NCBI GenBank assembly: GCA_964401685.1
Contig: CAYNZH010000008.1
Span: 2,217 to 66,216, forward strand
Direction of reading: 5' to 3'
DNA from: an uncultured Sphingobacteriaceae bacterium
Lineage (GTDB): Bacteria; Bacteroidota; Bacteroidia; Sphingobacteriales; Sphingobacteriaceae
Length of the DNA stretch: 64,000 nucleotides
Below are positions 51,721 to 60,691 of this stretch, one piece after another. Position 1 is the first letter of the stretch. Every line of letters begins with the position of its first letter. The position numbers were made by a program, and so were the translations under genes. The notes below the pieces were generated by a model. The model was not told the DNA's origin and searched no databases. It saw only the letters and a program-made list of their open reading frames with translations.

Positions 51721-52821
51721 TCAGACATTAAACCTAAAGTGCATCACATCGCCGTCCTGCACTACATAAGTTTTACCTTCTACGCTCAGCTTACCGACTT
51801 CTTTTACCGCAGCCTCAGAGCCATAATGGATAAAGTCCTCATACTTGATCACTTCGGCGCGGATAAATCCTTTCTCGAAATCAGTGTGTATCACACCGGC
51901 CGCTTGAGGCGCGGTGTAGCCTTTTTCTATGGTCCAGGCCCGTACTTCCTGTACTCCCGCCGTAAAGTAAGTCGCCAAATTCAGCAAGCTGTAGGCCGCG
52001 CGAATTAGTTTGTTTACCCCAGATTCCTCCAAACCAAGGTCCTCCAGAAACATTTCTCTTTCCTCGTAGGTTTCCAGTTGCGCGATTTCTGATTCAATTT
52101 GGGCTGAAATGACCAACACTTCCGCTTTCTCGTCCTTGACCGCTTCCTTGACCGCTTCTACAAACTTATTTCCAGTATTGACCGAAGCCTCATCGACGTT
52201 ACACACATACAAGACGGGTTTTACAGTCAATAAACTCAAATCATCAATAAATTCGAAATCCTCCGCCGAGATGGGGGCAGTTCGGACTGATTTTCCCGAT
52301 TCCAGATGCGATTTTACAACGGACAATATCTCATAGGTTCGTTTGGCCTCTTTGTCGTTCCCCGTTTTTGCCATCTTTTCAACACGCTGAAGCCTTTTCA
52401 CCACCGTGTCCAGATCTTTAAGCTGCAACTCGGTGTCAATGATCTCTTTGTCACGGATGGGGTCGACAGAACCATCTACATGGATGACATTATCGTCTTC
52501 AAAGCAGCGCAGGACATGGATGATCGCATTCGTCGTGCGGATATTCCCCAAAAACTGGTTCCCCAGGCCCTCGCCCTTACTGGCACCCTTGACCAAGCCC
52601 GCAATGTCCACGATTTCAATGGTGTTTGGAAGCACCCGTTGGGGTTTGACCAGCTCAGCCAATTTATTCAATCTGTCATCCGGCACGGTGATTACGCCGA
52701 TGTTTGGTTCTATAGTGCAAAAAGGAAAATTTGCAGCCTGCGCTTTCGCGTTTGATAAACAATTGAATAGGGTAGATTTACCCACATTTGGTAAACCCAC
52801 GATGCCACACTGTAATGCCAT
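51721..52821 (-). CDS. ychF: redox-regulated ATPase YchF
   Basis: MALQCGIVGLPNVGKSTLFN start (366 aa), DIAGLVKGAS, C-terminal TGS-like domain (GFIRAEV...GKTYVVQDGDVMHFRFNV). A TATCTTTG box lies 26 nt upstream. Confidence 0.95.
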   Translation of the reverse strand: MALQCGIVGLPNVGKSTLFNCLSNAKAQAANFPFCTIEPNIGVITVPDDRLNKLAELVKPQRVLPNTIEIVDIAGLVKGASKGEGLGNQFLGNIRTTNAIIHVLRCFEDDNVIHVDGSVDPIRDKEIIDTELQLKDLDTVVKRLQRVEKMAKTGNDKEAKRTYEILSVVKSHLESGKSVRTAPISAEDFEFIDDLSLLTVKPVLYVCNVDEASVNTGNKFVEAVKEAVKDEKAEVLVISAQIESEIAQLETYEEREMFLEDLGLEESGVNKLIRAAYSLLNLATYFTAGVQEVRAWTIEKGYTAPQAAGVIHTDFEKGFIRAEVIKYEDFIHYGSEAAVKEVGKLSVEGKTYVVQDGDVMHFRFNV

Positions 52822-52847
52822 TCTTTCTAAAATTTTAAAATCGAATG

Positions 52848-52855
52848 CAAAGATA
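52848..52855 (-). promoter_or_regulatory. sigmaA -7 box TATCTTTG for ychF
   Basis: TAnnTTTG match, 26 nt upstream of ATG 52821. Confidence 0.6.
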
Positions 52856-52863
52856 TAAATATT

Positions 52864-52871
52864 TAACTTTG
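52864..52871 (+). promoter_or_regulatory. sigmaA -7 box TAACTTTG for engB
   Basis: TAnnTTTG match, 4 nt upstream of ATG 52876 (leaderless candidate). Confidence 0.55.
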
Positions 52872-52875
52872 TCAG

Positions 52876-53487
52876 ATGATAATAAAAAGTGCGGAATTTA
52901 TTTGCAGTAATACCAGAGTCGATCAATTACCCCCAGCGGACAAGCCCGAGTATGCGTTTATTGGTCGTTCCAATGTGGGTAAATCTTCGCTCATCAACGC
53001 GCTTACTGAAAAGAAGAATTTAGCGAAAACTTCTCAAACTCCCGGAAAAACACAGCTGATCAATCATTTTTTGATTAATGAAAGATGGTATTTGGTCGAT
53101 TTGCCGGGCTATGGTTTTGCTAAGACATCCAAATCTTTGCGGGCGGATTGGCGAAAATTTATACGCAAATACCTGAGAGAGCGTCCCAATCTTCAGTGCG
53201 TCTTCGTCCTGGTGGACAGTCGCGTCGATCCTCAGAAAAATGATCTGGACTTCTGTTGTTGGCTTGGCGAAGAAGGAATTCCTTTCTCCTTGGTGTTTAC
53301 TAAAGCAGATAAGCAGTCCAACGCAAAATCCCAGCAGAATATTGCCCAATTTAAAAAGGCCTTATTGACTTGGTTTGAGGAAATTCCTGCACTTTTTCTG
53401 ACCTCTTCGGAAACGCGCCTGGGAAACGAGGAACTGCTGGCATACATTGAAGAGATCAATCAAAATTATCAACGTCCGGCTTTATGA
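52876..53487 (+). CDS. engB: ribosome biogenesis GTP-binding protein YihA/YsxC (EngB)
   Basis: PEYAFIGRSNVGKSSLINAL G1, LVDLPGYGFA G3, VFTKADK G4. Confidence 0.9.
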   Translation: MIIKSAEFICSNTRVDQLPPADKPEYAFIGRSNVGKSSLINALTEKKNLAKTSQTPGKTQLINHFLINERWYLVDLPGYGFAKTSKSLRADWRKFIRKYLRERPNLQCVFVLVDSRVDPQKNDLDFCCWLGEEGIPFSLVFTKADKQSNAKSQQNIAQFKKALLTWFEEIPALFLTSSETRLGNEELLAYIEEINQNYQRPAL

Positions 53488-53633
53488 GGTAGCCTAGCTT
53501 TTTCTAATCGGGGGCCAGTGCCTTTAATCCACTTTTTTGGGAAAATTATGTATTTTCCCGTAAAAATATTGTCATTTCATGAATTAATCCCTTAATTTGC
53601 AAAAATCATATCACAAACAACGAAGAGTTCTGA

Positions 53634-55961
53634 ATGGCAAAAAATTTATTAATAGTGGAATCACCGGCGAAAGCCAAGACGATTGAGGGGTATTTGGGGA
53701 AGGATTTTTTGGTCAAATCTAGCTATGGCCATATCCGGGATTTAAAGAAGACAGATGACGCCATTGAGGTGGATAATGATTTTAAACAGCAATATGAGGT
53801 CCCTGCCGAAAAGAAGGCAGTTGTCGCTGAGTTAAAGAAACATGCTAAAAATGCGGAGACGGTCTGGCTTGCGTCCGATGAGGACCGGGAGGGAGAAGCC
53901 ATTTCCTGGCACCTTTTCGAAACTTTGGGGCTGGACAAAGACAAAACCAGGAGAATCGTTTTTCACGAGATCACCAAGCCGGCGATCCAGAAAGCAATTG
54001 AGAATCCTCGGCAAATAGATTATAACCTCGTTCACGCCCAGCAGGCCCGCCGTGTGCTGGATAGATTGGTGGGTTTTGAGTTGTCTCCCGTTTTATGGAG
54101 AAAAGTCAAGCCTTCATTGTCTGCAGGAAGGGTGCAGTCAGTCGCCGTGCGCCTTATAGTCGAGCGTGAGCGGGAAATCATTCACTTTCAGGCAGAATCG
54201 GCCTTTCGGGTCGTTGCCATTTTTAAGACTGAGAAAAACGAGCAGTTCAAAGCTGAACTCCCGCATCGGTTTGAGCGTGAACAGGATGCATATAAATTTC
54301 TTGAAGACTGTCTGTCGGCAGAGTTTGCGGTCAAGCATCTGGAAACAAAACCGGCCAAAAGATCTCCTTCTGCTCCTTTTACGACATCGACATTGCAACA
54401 GGAAGCCAGTAGGAAATTGGGTTTTTCGGTGGCGCGAACGATGAACGTCGCACAGCGACTTTATGAGTCGGGAAAGATCACCTATATGAGGACGGACTCT
54501 GTCAACCTCAGTGAAACGGCACTTAATGGCGCAGAAGCCGAGATCCGTGCCGCCTACGGTGACAAATATCATAAAAAACGACAGTTTAAAACCAAATCCG
54601 CAAGCGCGCAGGAAGCCCATGAGGCCATAAGACCGACCTATTTCGAGCAACACACAATAGAGGGCGACCAGGCTGAGAGGCGTTTGTACGAGTTGATCTG
54701 GAAGCGCACGGTAGCCTCTCAAATGAGCGAAGCCCAATTTGAAAGAACAACCGCAAAAATCCAAATTTCCACCCGCACGGAGGAGATGGTGGCAAAAGGC
54801 GAAGTCATCAAGTTTGATGGTTTTTTGAAAGTTTACCTGGAGTCGACCGATGAAGAAAGCGACGTGTCCCTTGAAGATGAATCCGGAAACACCTTGCTGC
54901 CTGCACTTTCTTTGAATCAGCCTCTGAAGAACATCGCTATGACAGCAACAGAGCGCTTTTCCAGACCTCCCGCCCGCTACACCGAGGCAAGCCTTGTCAA
55001 AAAGATGGAGGAGCTCGGCATAGGACGCCCATCTACCTATGCACCAACGATTTCAACGATTCAGAATCGCGGGTATGTCGTCAAAGAAGACCGCGAAGGC
55101 AAGGAAAGGCAGTATCGCGTGCTTGAAATTCAAAAAACTGCGGTGCAAAGCATCCTCAAAACGGAAGTCACAGGGACCGAAAAATCGAAGCTTTTTCCCA
55201 CTGATATTGGAATGGTTGTTACCGATTTTCTGATCGAGCATTTTAAGGGGATCGTGGATTATCATTTTACCGCAAAAGTCGAGAAGCAATTTGATGAGAT
55301 CGCTCAAGGACTGATGGATTGGACAAAAATGCTCCAGAATTTTTACGGACCTTTCCATAAAGAAGTTGAGAACACATTGGAACACGCCGATCGGGCCAAT
55401 AACGAAAGAGAACTCGGAATAGATCCAGCCTCGGGAAGGCCTGTTAGCGTGCGAATCGGGCGTTTTGGACCCTTGGTCCAGTTGGGGCATCAAGACGATG
55501 AGGAAAAACCAAAGTATGCGAGTTTGCGCCCTGGACAGATGATTGAAACCATCACTTTCGAAGATGCTCTGGAGCTTTTCAAACTTCCAAAAAAGGTAGG
55601 TGAATTCGAGGAGACCGATATGATTGTAGCAATAGGTCGTTTTGGACCATATATACGGCACAACAATGCCTTCTACTCCTTGCCTAAAGGAACCGACCCG
55701 CATGAAGTCAAAGAAGAAGAAGCTATTCAGATCATCCAGGATAAACGGAAGAAAGACGCGGAGAAAATCATTCGTGTTTTTGACGAAAATCCAGATGCAC
55801 GCATAGAGAACGGCCGTTGGGGGCCATTTGTACGGATGGGCAAGCAAAACATCAAAATCCCCAAAGGAACTGAAGTCGAAGGGATCACCTACGAAGATGT
55901 CCTGAAGTGGGCAGAAGCAGATGAGAAAAAGCCTAAAACCCGATCACGTAGTAAGAAATAA
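53634..55961 (+). CDS. topA: DNA topoisomerase I
   Basis: LLIVESPAKAKTIEGYLG, ASDEDREGEAISWH (TOPRIM), ITYMRTDS active-site Tyr, repeated C-terminal IGRFGPY-type modules. Confidence 0.95.
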   Translation: MAKNLLIVESPAKAKTIEGYLGKDFLVKSSYGHIRDLKKTDDAIEVDNDFKQQYEVPAEKKAVVAELKKHAKNAETVWLASDEDREGEAISWHLFETLGLDKDKTRRIVFHEITKPAIQKAIENPRQIDYNLVHAQQARRVLDRLVGFELSPVLWRKVKPSLSAGRVQSVAVRLIVEREREIIHFQAESAFRVVAIFKTEKNEQFKAELPHRFEREQDAYKFLEDCLSAEFAVKHLETKPAKRSPSAPFTTSTLQQEASRKLGFSVARTMNVAQRLYESGKITYMRTDSVNLSETALNGAEAEIRAAYGDKYHKKRQFKTKSASAQEAHEAIRPTYFEQHTIEGDQAERRLYELIWKRTVASQMSEAQFERTTAKIQISTRTEEMVAKGEVIKFDGFLKVYLESTDEESDVSLEDESGNTLLPALSLNQPLKNIAMTATERFSRPPARYTEASLVKKMEELGIGRPSTYAPTISTIQNRGYVVKEDREGKERQYRVLEIQKTAVQSILKTEVTGTEKSKLFPTDIGMVVTDFLIEHFKGIVDYHFTAKVEKQFDEIAQGLMDWTKMLQNFYGPFHKEVENTLEHADRANNERELGIDPASGRPVSVRIGRFGPLVQLGHQDDEEKPKYASLRPGQMIETITFEDALELFKLPKKVGEFEETDMIVAIGRFGPYIRHNNAFYSLPKGTDPHEVKEEEAIQIIQDKRKKDAEKIIRVFDENPDARIENGRWGPFVRMGKQNIKIPKGTEVEGITYEDVLKWAEADEKKPKTRSRSKK

Positions 55962-55964
55962 TTC

Positions 55965-56384
55965 ATGAAAGCAGATTTGCCCGAAAATATAGTCAAAGAT
56001 ATTGCGGTCGCCGTAGTACTCGAAAGCGAAAGCCCCGAGGGCGCGGTATGGCACGTATACCTGATCAACGAAAAAGAGACGGATATACAAAACGTTATGG
56101 TCAGCTCAAAGGGCTATGGAGAAAAAGACAATGAAGGAGTCAAAACCTCTGTGCTGAGACATTTTATAGGCGATTTAGGCGCGAAAGAATTTGCAAAGAT
56201 CGAAGCGATAGATCCCGAGGTTTTTGGGTTAACCAATGAGTATTGGCTCAGTTTTTATGAAGAGGGAAATATCTTCGATAAGAAGTATATCTTTCTTCCC
56301 GAGAGTATTGTCGATGAGAATCTGGTGAAAATTCCCCTACTAAATAAGCCGGGAATCATGGTCGGAGGAAGGACGGAAAGATGA
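55965..56384 (+). CDS. hypothetical cytoplasmic protein
   Basis: 139-aa ORF, 3 nt after the topA stop and overlapping the cmk start by 4 nt (ATGA). No recognisable motif. Confidence 0.6.
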   Translation: MKADLPENIVKDIAVAVVLESESPEGAVWHVYLINEKETDIQNVMVSSKGYGEKDNEGVKTSVLRHFIGDLGAKEFAKIEAIDPEVFGLTNEYWLSFYEEGNIFDKKYIFLPESIVDENLVKIPLLNKPGIMVGGRTER

Positions 56385-57052
56385 AAAGAAGCAATACCAT
56401 TATCGCTATTGACGGCTATTCCTCCTGCGGGAAAAGCACCCTGGCCAAGGCCCTGGCCTCTACCCTCGGTTACCTATATATAGATAGTGGAGCGATGTAC
56501 CGTGCCGTGACTCTTTACTTCATCAGGGAAAATACCAATCTGTCCCAGGAAGATGAGGTTAAAAAAATGCTTGAGGACGTCCATATTGATCTCCATCACG
56601 AGGACGGCAAATTAATAGTGCTGCTCAACGACGAGGATATCAGCGAGGAAATCAGGCAAATGCCCGTTTCAGAGTTGGTCAGCGAGGTTAGTGCGTTGAA
56701 GCCTGTCCGCCAGGCGATGGTTGCCTTACAACAGGGCATGGGCAAACGAAAAAACATTATCATGGACGGTCGTGACATCGGCACCACCGTATTTCCCGAT
56801 GCAGACCTCAAACTTTTCATGATCGCCGACCCCAATGTGCGTGCCCAAAGGCGCTATAAAGAACTTCTTTCCAAGGGCGAAAAGGTTACCCTGGAAGAAG
56901 TTTTTGAAAATATCGCACACAGGGATTATATAGACACGACCCGTGCCGAGAGCCCGCTATCGCGTGCGCCCGACGCTGTCGTGCTGGACAACACCGACCT
57001 CAACGAAGAGCAACAGTTACAATTTGTCCTAGACAGACTGGGAACACCTTAG
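56381..57052 (+). CDS. cmk: (d)CMP kinase
   Basis: IIAIDGYSSCGKSTLAKALA P-loop, YIDSGAMYRA, MDGRDIGT, RAQRRY motifs. Confidence 0.9.
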   Translation: MKRSNTIIAIDGYSSCGKSTLAKALASTLGYLYIDSGAMYRAVTLYFIRENTNLSQEDEVKKMLEDVHIDLHHEDGKLIVLLNDEDISEEIRQMPVSELVSEVSALKPVRQAMVALQQGMGKRKNIIMDGRDIGTTVFPDADLKLFMIADPNVRAQRRYKELLSKGEKVTLEEVFENIAHRDYIDTTRAESPLSRAPDAVVLDNTDLNEEQQLQFVLDRLGTP

Positions 57053-57762
57053 TCGCACTGTCCGTCCGTCGTGCAAGAAGGCCCTTTTTGTACTTCTAAA
57101 GCTGGCGCAGGCTGCGCAGCCAACCACTCTCCGTATGACTTTTCCAATACCTCCAGAAAAGCCGCTACAGGTTGAGCGCCGGATACGGCATATTTGTCGT
57201 TCAATACAAAGAACGGAACCCCTTGTACACCAATGTTTCTCGCTTCCTGAATATCCATTTGCACGTCATAGCTCAGCGCATCCGAATCCAACATCGCCTC
57301 AATATCATCCGCCTTTAATCCAACCTCTACACCCAGTTCCATCAAGAGGTTTTTATCTCCAACATGCTTGCCTTCAGCAAAATGAGCTTGAAACAGTCGC
57401 TCCTTCATTGCATCGGCCTTGCCTGCTTTTCCCGCGAGGTGGATCAGGCGATGAGCATCTTTCGTATTGGTGATTACTGATTTTTGCAAATCGACCTTTA
57501 AGCCTGCATTGCTTGCCATCTGCACCACGTTACCCAACATTTCCTTACTTTGGCTGGCAGGAATGCCTTTTTTTTCTTGAAAATAGGTTTGCGTATCCAT
57601 CGCATCCGCGCCCAAGGTGGGATCCAATTGATAACTTTTCCAAGTGATCTGTACATTGTTGCGAGGGCCAAATTGCGCAAGTGCAGCTTCCAAGTGATGC
57701 TTTCCGATATAGCAGAACGGACACATAATGTCCGACCAAATTTTAATTTCCATTTTTTTCAT
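57049..57762 (-). CDS. DsbA-family (FrnE/HCCA isomerase-like) thiol oxidoreductase
   Basis: KIWSDIMCPFCYIGK CxxC motif, GVQGVPFFVL. The track start 57771 is the TTG of the -7 box. Real start is ATG 57762, or 57753 (MEIKIWSD). Confidence 0.8.
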   Translation of the reverse strand: MKKMEIKIWSDIMCPFCYIGKHHLEAALAQFGPRNNVQITWKSYQLDPTLGADAMDTQTYFQEKKGIPASQSKEMLGNVVQMASNAGLKVDLQKSVITNTKDAHRLIHLAGKAGKADAMKERLFQAHFAEGKHVGDKNLLMELGVEVGLKADDIEAMLDSDALSYDVQMDIQEARNIGVQGVPFFVLNDKYAVSGAQPVAAFLEVLEKSYGEWLAAQPAPALEVQKGPSCTTDGQCD

Positions 57763-57768
57763 GTCTAT

Positions 57769-57776
57769 CAAAGATA
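57769..57776 (-). promoter_or_regulatory. sigmaA -7 box TATCTTTG for the DsbA-family gene
   Basis: TAnnTTTG match, 6 nt upstream of ATG 57762. Confidence 0.5.
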
Positions 57777-57823
57777 CGGAAAAAGTCTCAATTTTCCCAT
57801 TTGCAATTGAAACGTGAGTTCCT

Positions 57824-57831
57824 TAAGTTTG
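57824..57831 (+). promoter_or_regulatory. sigmaA -7 box TAAGTTTG for the lutA-like / thiolase operon
   Basis: TAnnTTTG match, 17 nt upstream of ATG 57849. Confidence 0.55.
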
Positions 57832-57848
57832 CCAAATAGACAAGGCTT

Positions 57849-58577
57849 ATGACGGTTGGACTTTTTATTCCCTGCATTATGGATCAGCTGTTTCCCCAGA
57901 CAGCATTCAACGTGGTGAAGGTTTTGGAGCGGGCAGGGTGTGAGGTGCGTTATAATCCCGAGCAAACCTGTTGCGGGCAAATTGCCTTCAATTCCGGCCA
58001 TTGGGACGACGCAAAGTTCCTAGGCGATAAGTTTCTGTATAATTATCCGGAGGAAATACCCATTGTTTCGCCCTCAGCATCTTGTATTTCCATGGTCAGG
58101 AAATCCTATGACGACCTGTTTACCAATACCAAAAACCACAATCGCTGCCGTTCTGTTCAATCAAATTGCTATGAACTAAGTGATTTTTTGGTCAATGTCC
58201 TGAAAAAAGATTATTTTGGGGCGGAAATGGAAATCAAAGCCGTATACCACGATGCCTGCGGCGCATTGCACGGATGTGGAATCAAAAGTGAGCCACGACA
58301 GTTGTTGAGCCAGGTGGGTGGATTTCAATTATTGGAAAGTTCCGATTCTGAGGTATGTTGCGGATTTGGGGGCTCGTTTGCCCACAAATTTGGAGATATA
58401 TCTTCGGCAATGGCGGAGCAAAAGGTAGAAAACGCACTGGAGAAGGGTGCAGAAGCAATAATTTCGACTGACAGCTCTTGCTTGTTGCATTTACAAACGT
58501 ATATTGACAAGAAAAAGTTACCCCTGAAAACGCTGCATCTCGCTGATGTTATTTCGCACGGGTGGCCAAATATTTAA
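57849..58577 (+). CDS. (Fe-S)-binding CCG-domain protein, LutA/YkgE-like
   Basis: VGLFIPCIMDQLFP...CCGQIAFNSG and VYHDAC...VCCGFGGSF: two cysteine-rich CCG motifs typical of LutA and heterodisulfide reductase B-like proteins. Confidence 0.75.
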   Translation: MTVGLFIPCIMDQLFPQTAFNVVKVLERAGCEVRYNPEQTCCGQIAFNSGHWDDAKFLGDKFLYNYPEEIPIVSPSASCISMVRKSYDDLFTNTKNHNRCRSVQSNCYELSDFLVNVLKKDYFGAEMEIKAVYHDACGALHGCGIKSEPRQLLSQVGGFQLLESSDSEVCCGFGGSFAHKFGDISSAMAEQKVENALEKGAEAIISTDSSCLLHLQTYIDKKKLPLKTLHLADVISHGWPNI

Positions 58578-58587
58578 AAATAGAATC

Positions 58588-59763
58588 ATGGAAGAAGTTT
58601 ATATTATAGCTGCCGTGCGTACGCCCATAGGCAGTTTTGGTGGGAAATTAGCCGCCTTGTCAGCACCCCAATTGGGTGGATTTGCAATCAAGGAAGCTGT
58701 AAAACGTGCCGGCTTGCAGGCAGATCAGATCGAAGAAATATATTTTGGAAACGTGCTTTCAGCAGGACTGGGTCAAGCACCAGCGACCCAAGCGGCAAAG
58801 CTGGGTGGCCTACCGGATATTCCGTCCACGACCGTCAATAAGGTATGCGCATCTGGAACAAAAGCGATCATGCTTGCAGCTCAGAGTATTGCCCTAGGTC
58901 AGCGAGACATCGTCGTTGCAGGTGGGATGGAAAGCATGAGCAACGTCCCGTATTATATAGACAAGGCCCGCAGTGGCTATAAACTGGGGCACGGGCAGCT
59001 GACCGACGGGCTGGTCAAAGACGGTCTCTGGGATGTCTACAATGACTTTCACATGGGGTCTGCAGCAGAACTTTGCGCGGTTGAATACAAGATCAGTCGG
59101 GAAGAGCAAGACGAATTTGCCATCAACTCCTATAAGCGTTCCCAGGCCGCACAGGCCGCAGGCAAGTTTTCCTCAGAGATCGTGCCTGTGGAAATAGTCG
59201 GTCGCAGGGGGGATGTCGAGATCGTGACGGAGGACGAAGAAATGAACGCTGTCAATTTTGATAAAATTCCGAGCCTCAGGCCTGTTTTCAAAAAGGAAGG
59301 AACAGTGACCGCAGCCAATGCCTCGACACTCAACGATGGTGCAGCTGCGGTAATACTCATTAGTAAGCGCAAACTAGATGAACTAGGTCTGAAACCTCTT
59401 GCCAAGATCCGGGGATATGGCGACGCGCAGCAAGCACCAGAATGGTTTACTACGGCGCCTGCGCAAGCGATTCCTGCGGCCCTGCAGCATGCTGGTCTGA
59501 GTGCTGCGGACGTCGACTATTATGAAATCAACGAGGCATTCTCGGTGGTTGCACTGGTTAACGAACGTTCGTTAACCTTGGATTCGGACAAGGTTAATGT
59601 CAATGGAGGTGCCGTTTCACTCGGCCACCCGCTGGGTGCCTCAGGCGCACGCATCGTCGTTACTCTGCTTTCCGTGCTGGAACAAAATCAAGGTAGGATA
59701 GGTGTGGCAGGTATCTGCAACGGCGGCGGCGGCGCCAGCGCACTGGTTATAGAGCGCTTGTAA
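58588..59763 (+). CDS. acetyl-CoA C-acetyltransferase (thiolase II)
   Basis: MEEVYIIAAVRTPIGSFGG start, NKVCASGTKA active-site Cys, NEAFS, GGAVSLGHPLGASGARI, GICNGGGGA motifs. Confidence 0.95.
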   Translation: MEEVYIIAAVRTPIGSFGGKLAALSAPQLGGFAIKEAVKRAGLQADQIEEIYFGNVLSAGLGQAPATQAAKLGGLPDIPSTTVNKVCASGTKAIMLAAQSIALGQRDIVVAGGMESMSNVPYYIDKARSGYKLGHGQLTDGLVKDGLWDVYNDFHMGSAAELCAVEYKISREEQDEFAINSYKRSQAAQAAGKFSSEIVPVEIVGRRGDVEIVTEDEEMNAVNFDKIPSLRPVFKKEGTVTAANASTLNDGAAAVILISKRKLDELGLKPLAKIRGYGDAQQAPEWFTTAPAQAIPAALQHAGLSAADVDYYEINEAFSVVALVNERSLTLDSDKVNVNGGAVSLGHPLGASGARIVVTLLSVLEQNQGRIGVAGICNGGGGASALVIERL

Positions 59764-59778
59764 GCATTAGGTTTTAAG

Positions 59779-60621
59779 ATGAAACGACCGTGGATCAGAC
59801 ACATTGCCCCGCGAAAACTACTTTTGCTCGGACTTCTTGGCTGCATGCTCAGTCTGCCCACTTATGCGCAGCATCCAGCGCTGAAAGCCACCGAGGAGAA
59901 GCTTCGCCAGCTCGGATTCGCGATATACAATGAACAGGAGGAAGCCCAACGCTTACAGGCAAACTTCGATTTCGTCAGAGAACTAGTCACAGGATTGCAA
60001 CAGCCTTATTCCTTTGATTTTGCTTTCGATTCCCTGAACATGATATCCATACAGGACTCACCTGATCAAAAATTTAGAATATTCTCCTGGCATGTGCCAC
60101 TCTCGGACGGTTCGTACCTGTATTACGGGGCAATTCAATTGAATACATCCGATGGCCAGCTCCGGCTGATCCCACTCTTGGATAAGACCTTCGAATTCGA
60201 AAATCCAGCTGCCGAAATCACCACCGGCGATGAGTGGTATGGTGCTCAGTACGAGGATATCATCGTTCTCGATTCCCAATATTTATTGCTAGGATGGAAA
60301 GGACACACGCCCGAAATTAGCCAGAAAGTAATAGAGGTTCTCCGCTTTGAAGACCAGTCCGCTATTTTGGGCAATCAGATTTTCCAGAGTCCGGAAACCG
60401 TCACTCAAGCTCGGGTCATTTACCGGTTCTCCAGCCAGCTTTCGATGTACATGGCGCACGATCCACGCGCAAATCGCATCGTCGTAGATCATTTGGTACC
60501 CTCAGACCCAAGGCATGAGGGAAATTATGCTTTCTACGGTCCCGATCTAAGCTTTGATGCCTGGCAAATCGAAGGCAACCGACTTCGCAAAATAGAACAT
60601 ATTCAGGTAAACGAACAATAG
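59779..60621 (+). CDS. hypothetical secreted protein
   Basis: 280-aa ORF with signal peptide (LLLLGLLGCMLSLPTYAQ). Lies 15 nt after the thiolase gene. No recognisable motif. Confidence 0.6.
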   Translation: MKRPWIRHIAPRKLLLLGLLGCMLSLPTYAQHPALKATEEKLRQLGFAIYNEQEEAQRLQANFDFVRELVTGLQQPYSFDFAFDSLNMISIQDSPDQKFRIFSWHVPLSDGSYLYYGAIQLNTSDGQLRLIPLLDKTFEFENPAAEITTGDEWYGAQYEDIIVLDSQYLLLGWKGHTPEISQKVIEVLRFEDQSAILGNQIFQSPETVTQARVIYRFSSQLSMYMAHDPRANRIVVDHLVPSDPRHEGNYAFYGPDLSFDAWQIEGNRLRKIEHIQVNEQ

Positions 60622-60631
60622 ATTATTTTTC

Positions 60632-60639
60632 TATATTTG
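60632..60639 (+). promoter_or_regulatory. sigmaA -7 box TATATTTG for the POT transporter operon
   Basis: TAnnTTTG match, 52 nt upstream of ATG 60692. Confidence 0.6.
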
Positions 60640-60691
60640 TGCATTGTCTTCAGGATAACATATTAAAAAGAAAACCAAAACTTTAAATTTT

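Noticed and set aside
53539-53559. Perfect 8-bp hairpin GGGAAAAT-TATGT-ATTTTCCC between engB and topA.
   Set aside because: The stem is AT-rich with no following U-tract on either strand, and it does not resemble a known motif. It could be a weak engB terminator or have no function. I cannot support any call.
55053-55847. Long antisense ORFs inside strongly supported genes: 264 aa (55053-55847) and 208 aa (54138-54764) opposite topA; 209 aa (9166-9795) and 196 aa (8248-8838) opposite parC; 228 aa (33665-34351) opposite mltG; 172 aa (37205-37723) opposite the acyl-CoA ligase; 176 aa (29350-29880) opposite the thioesterase; 149 aa (52306-52755) opposite ychF.
   Set aside because: I checked the phase of each one. 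All sit in the codon-aligned antisense frame, where stops arise only opposite sense TTA, CTA or TCA codons, so long open frames are a known by-product of sense codon usage. Their translations are low-complexity and have no family motifs, whereas the sense genes have textbook motifs.
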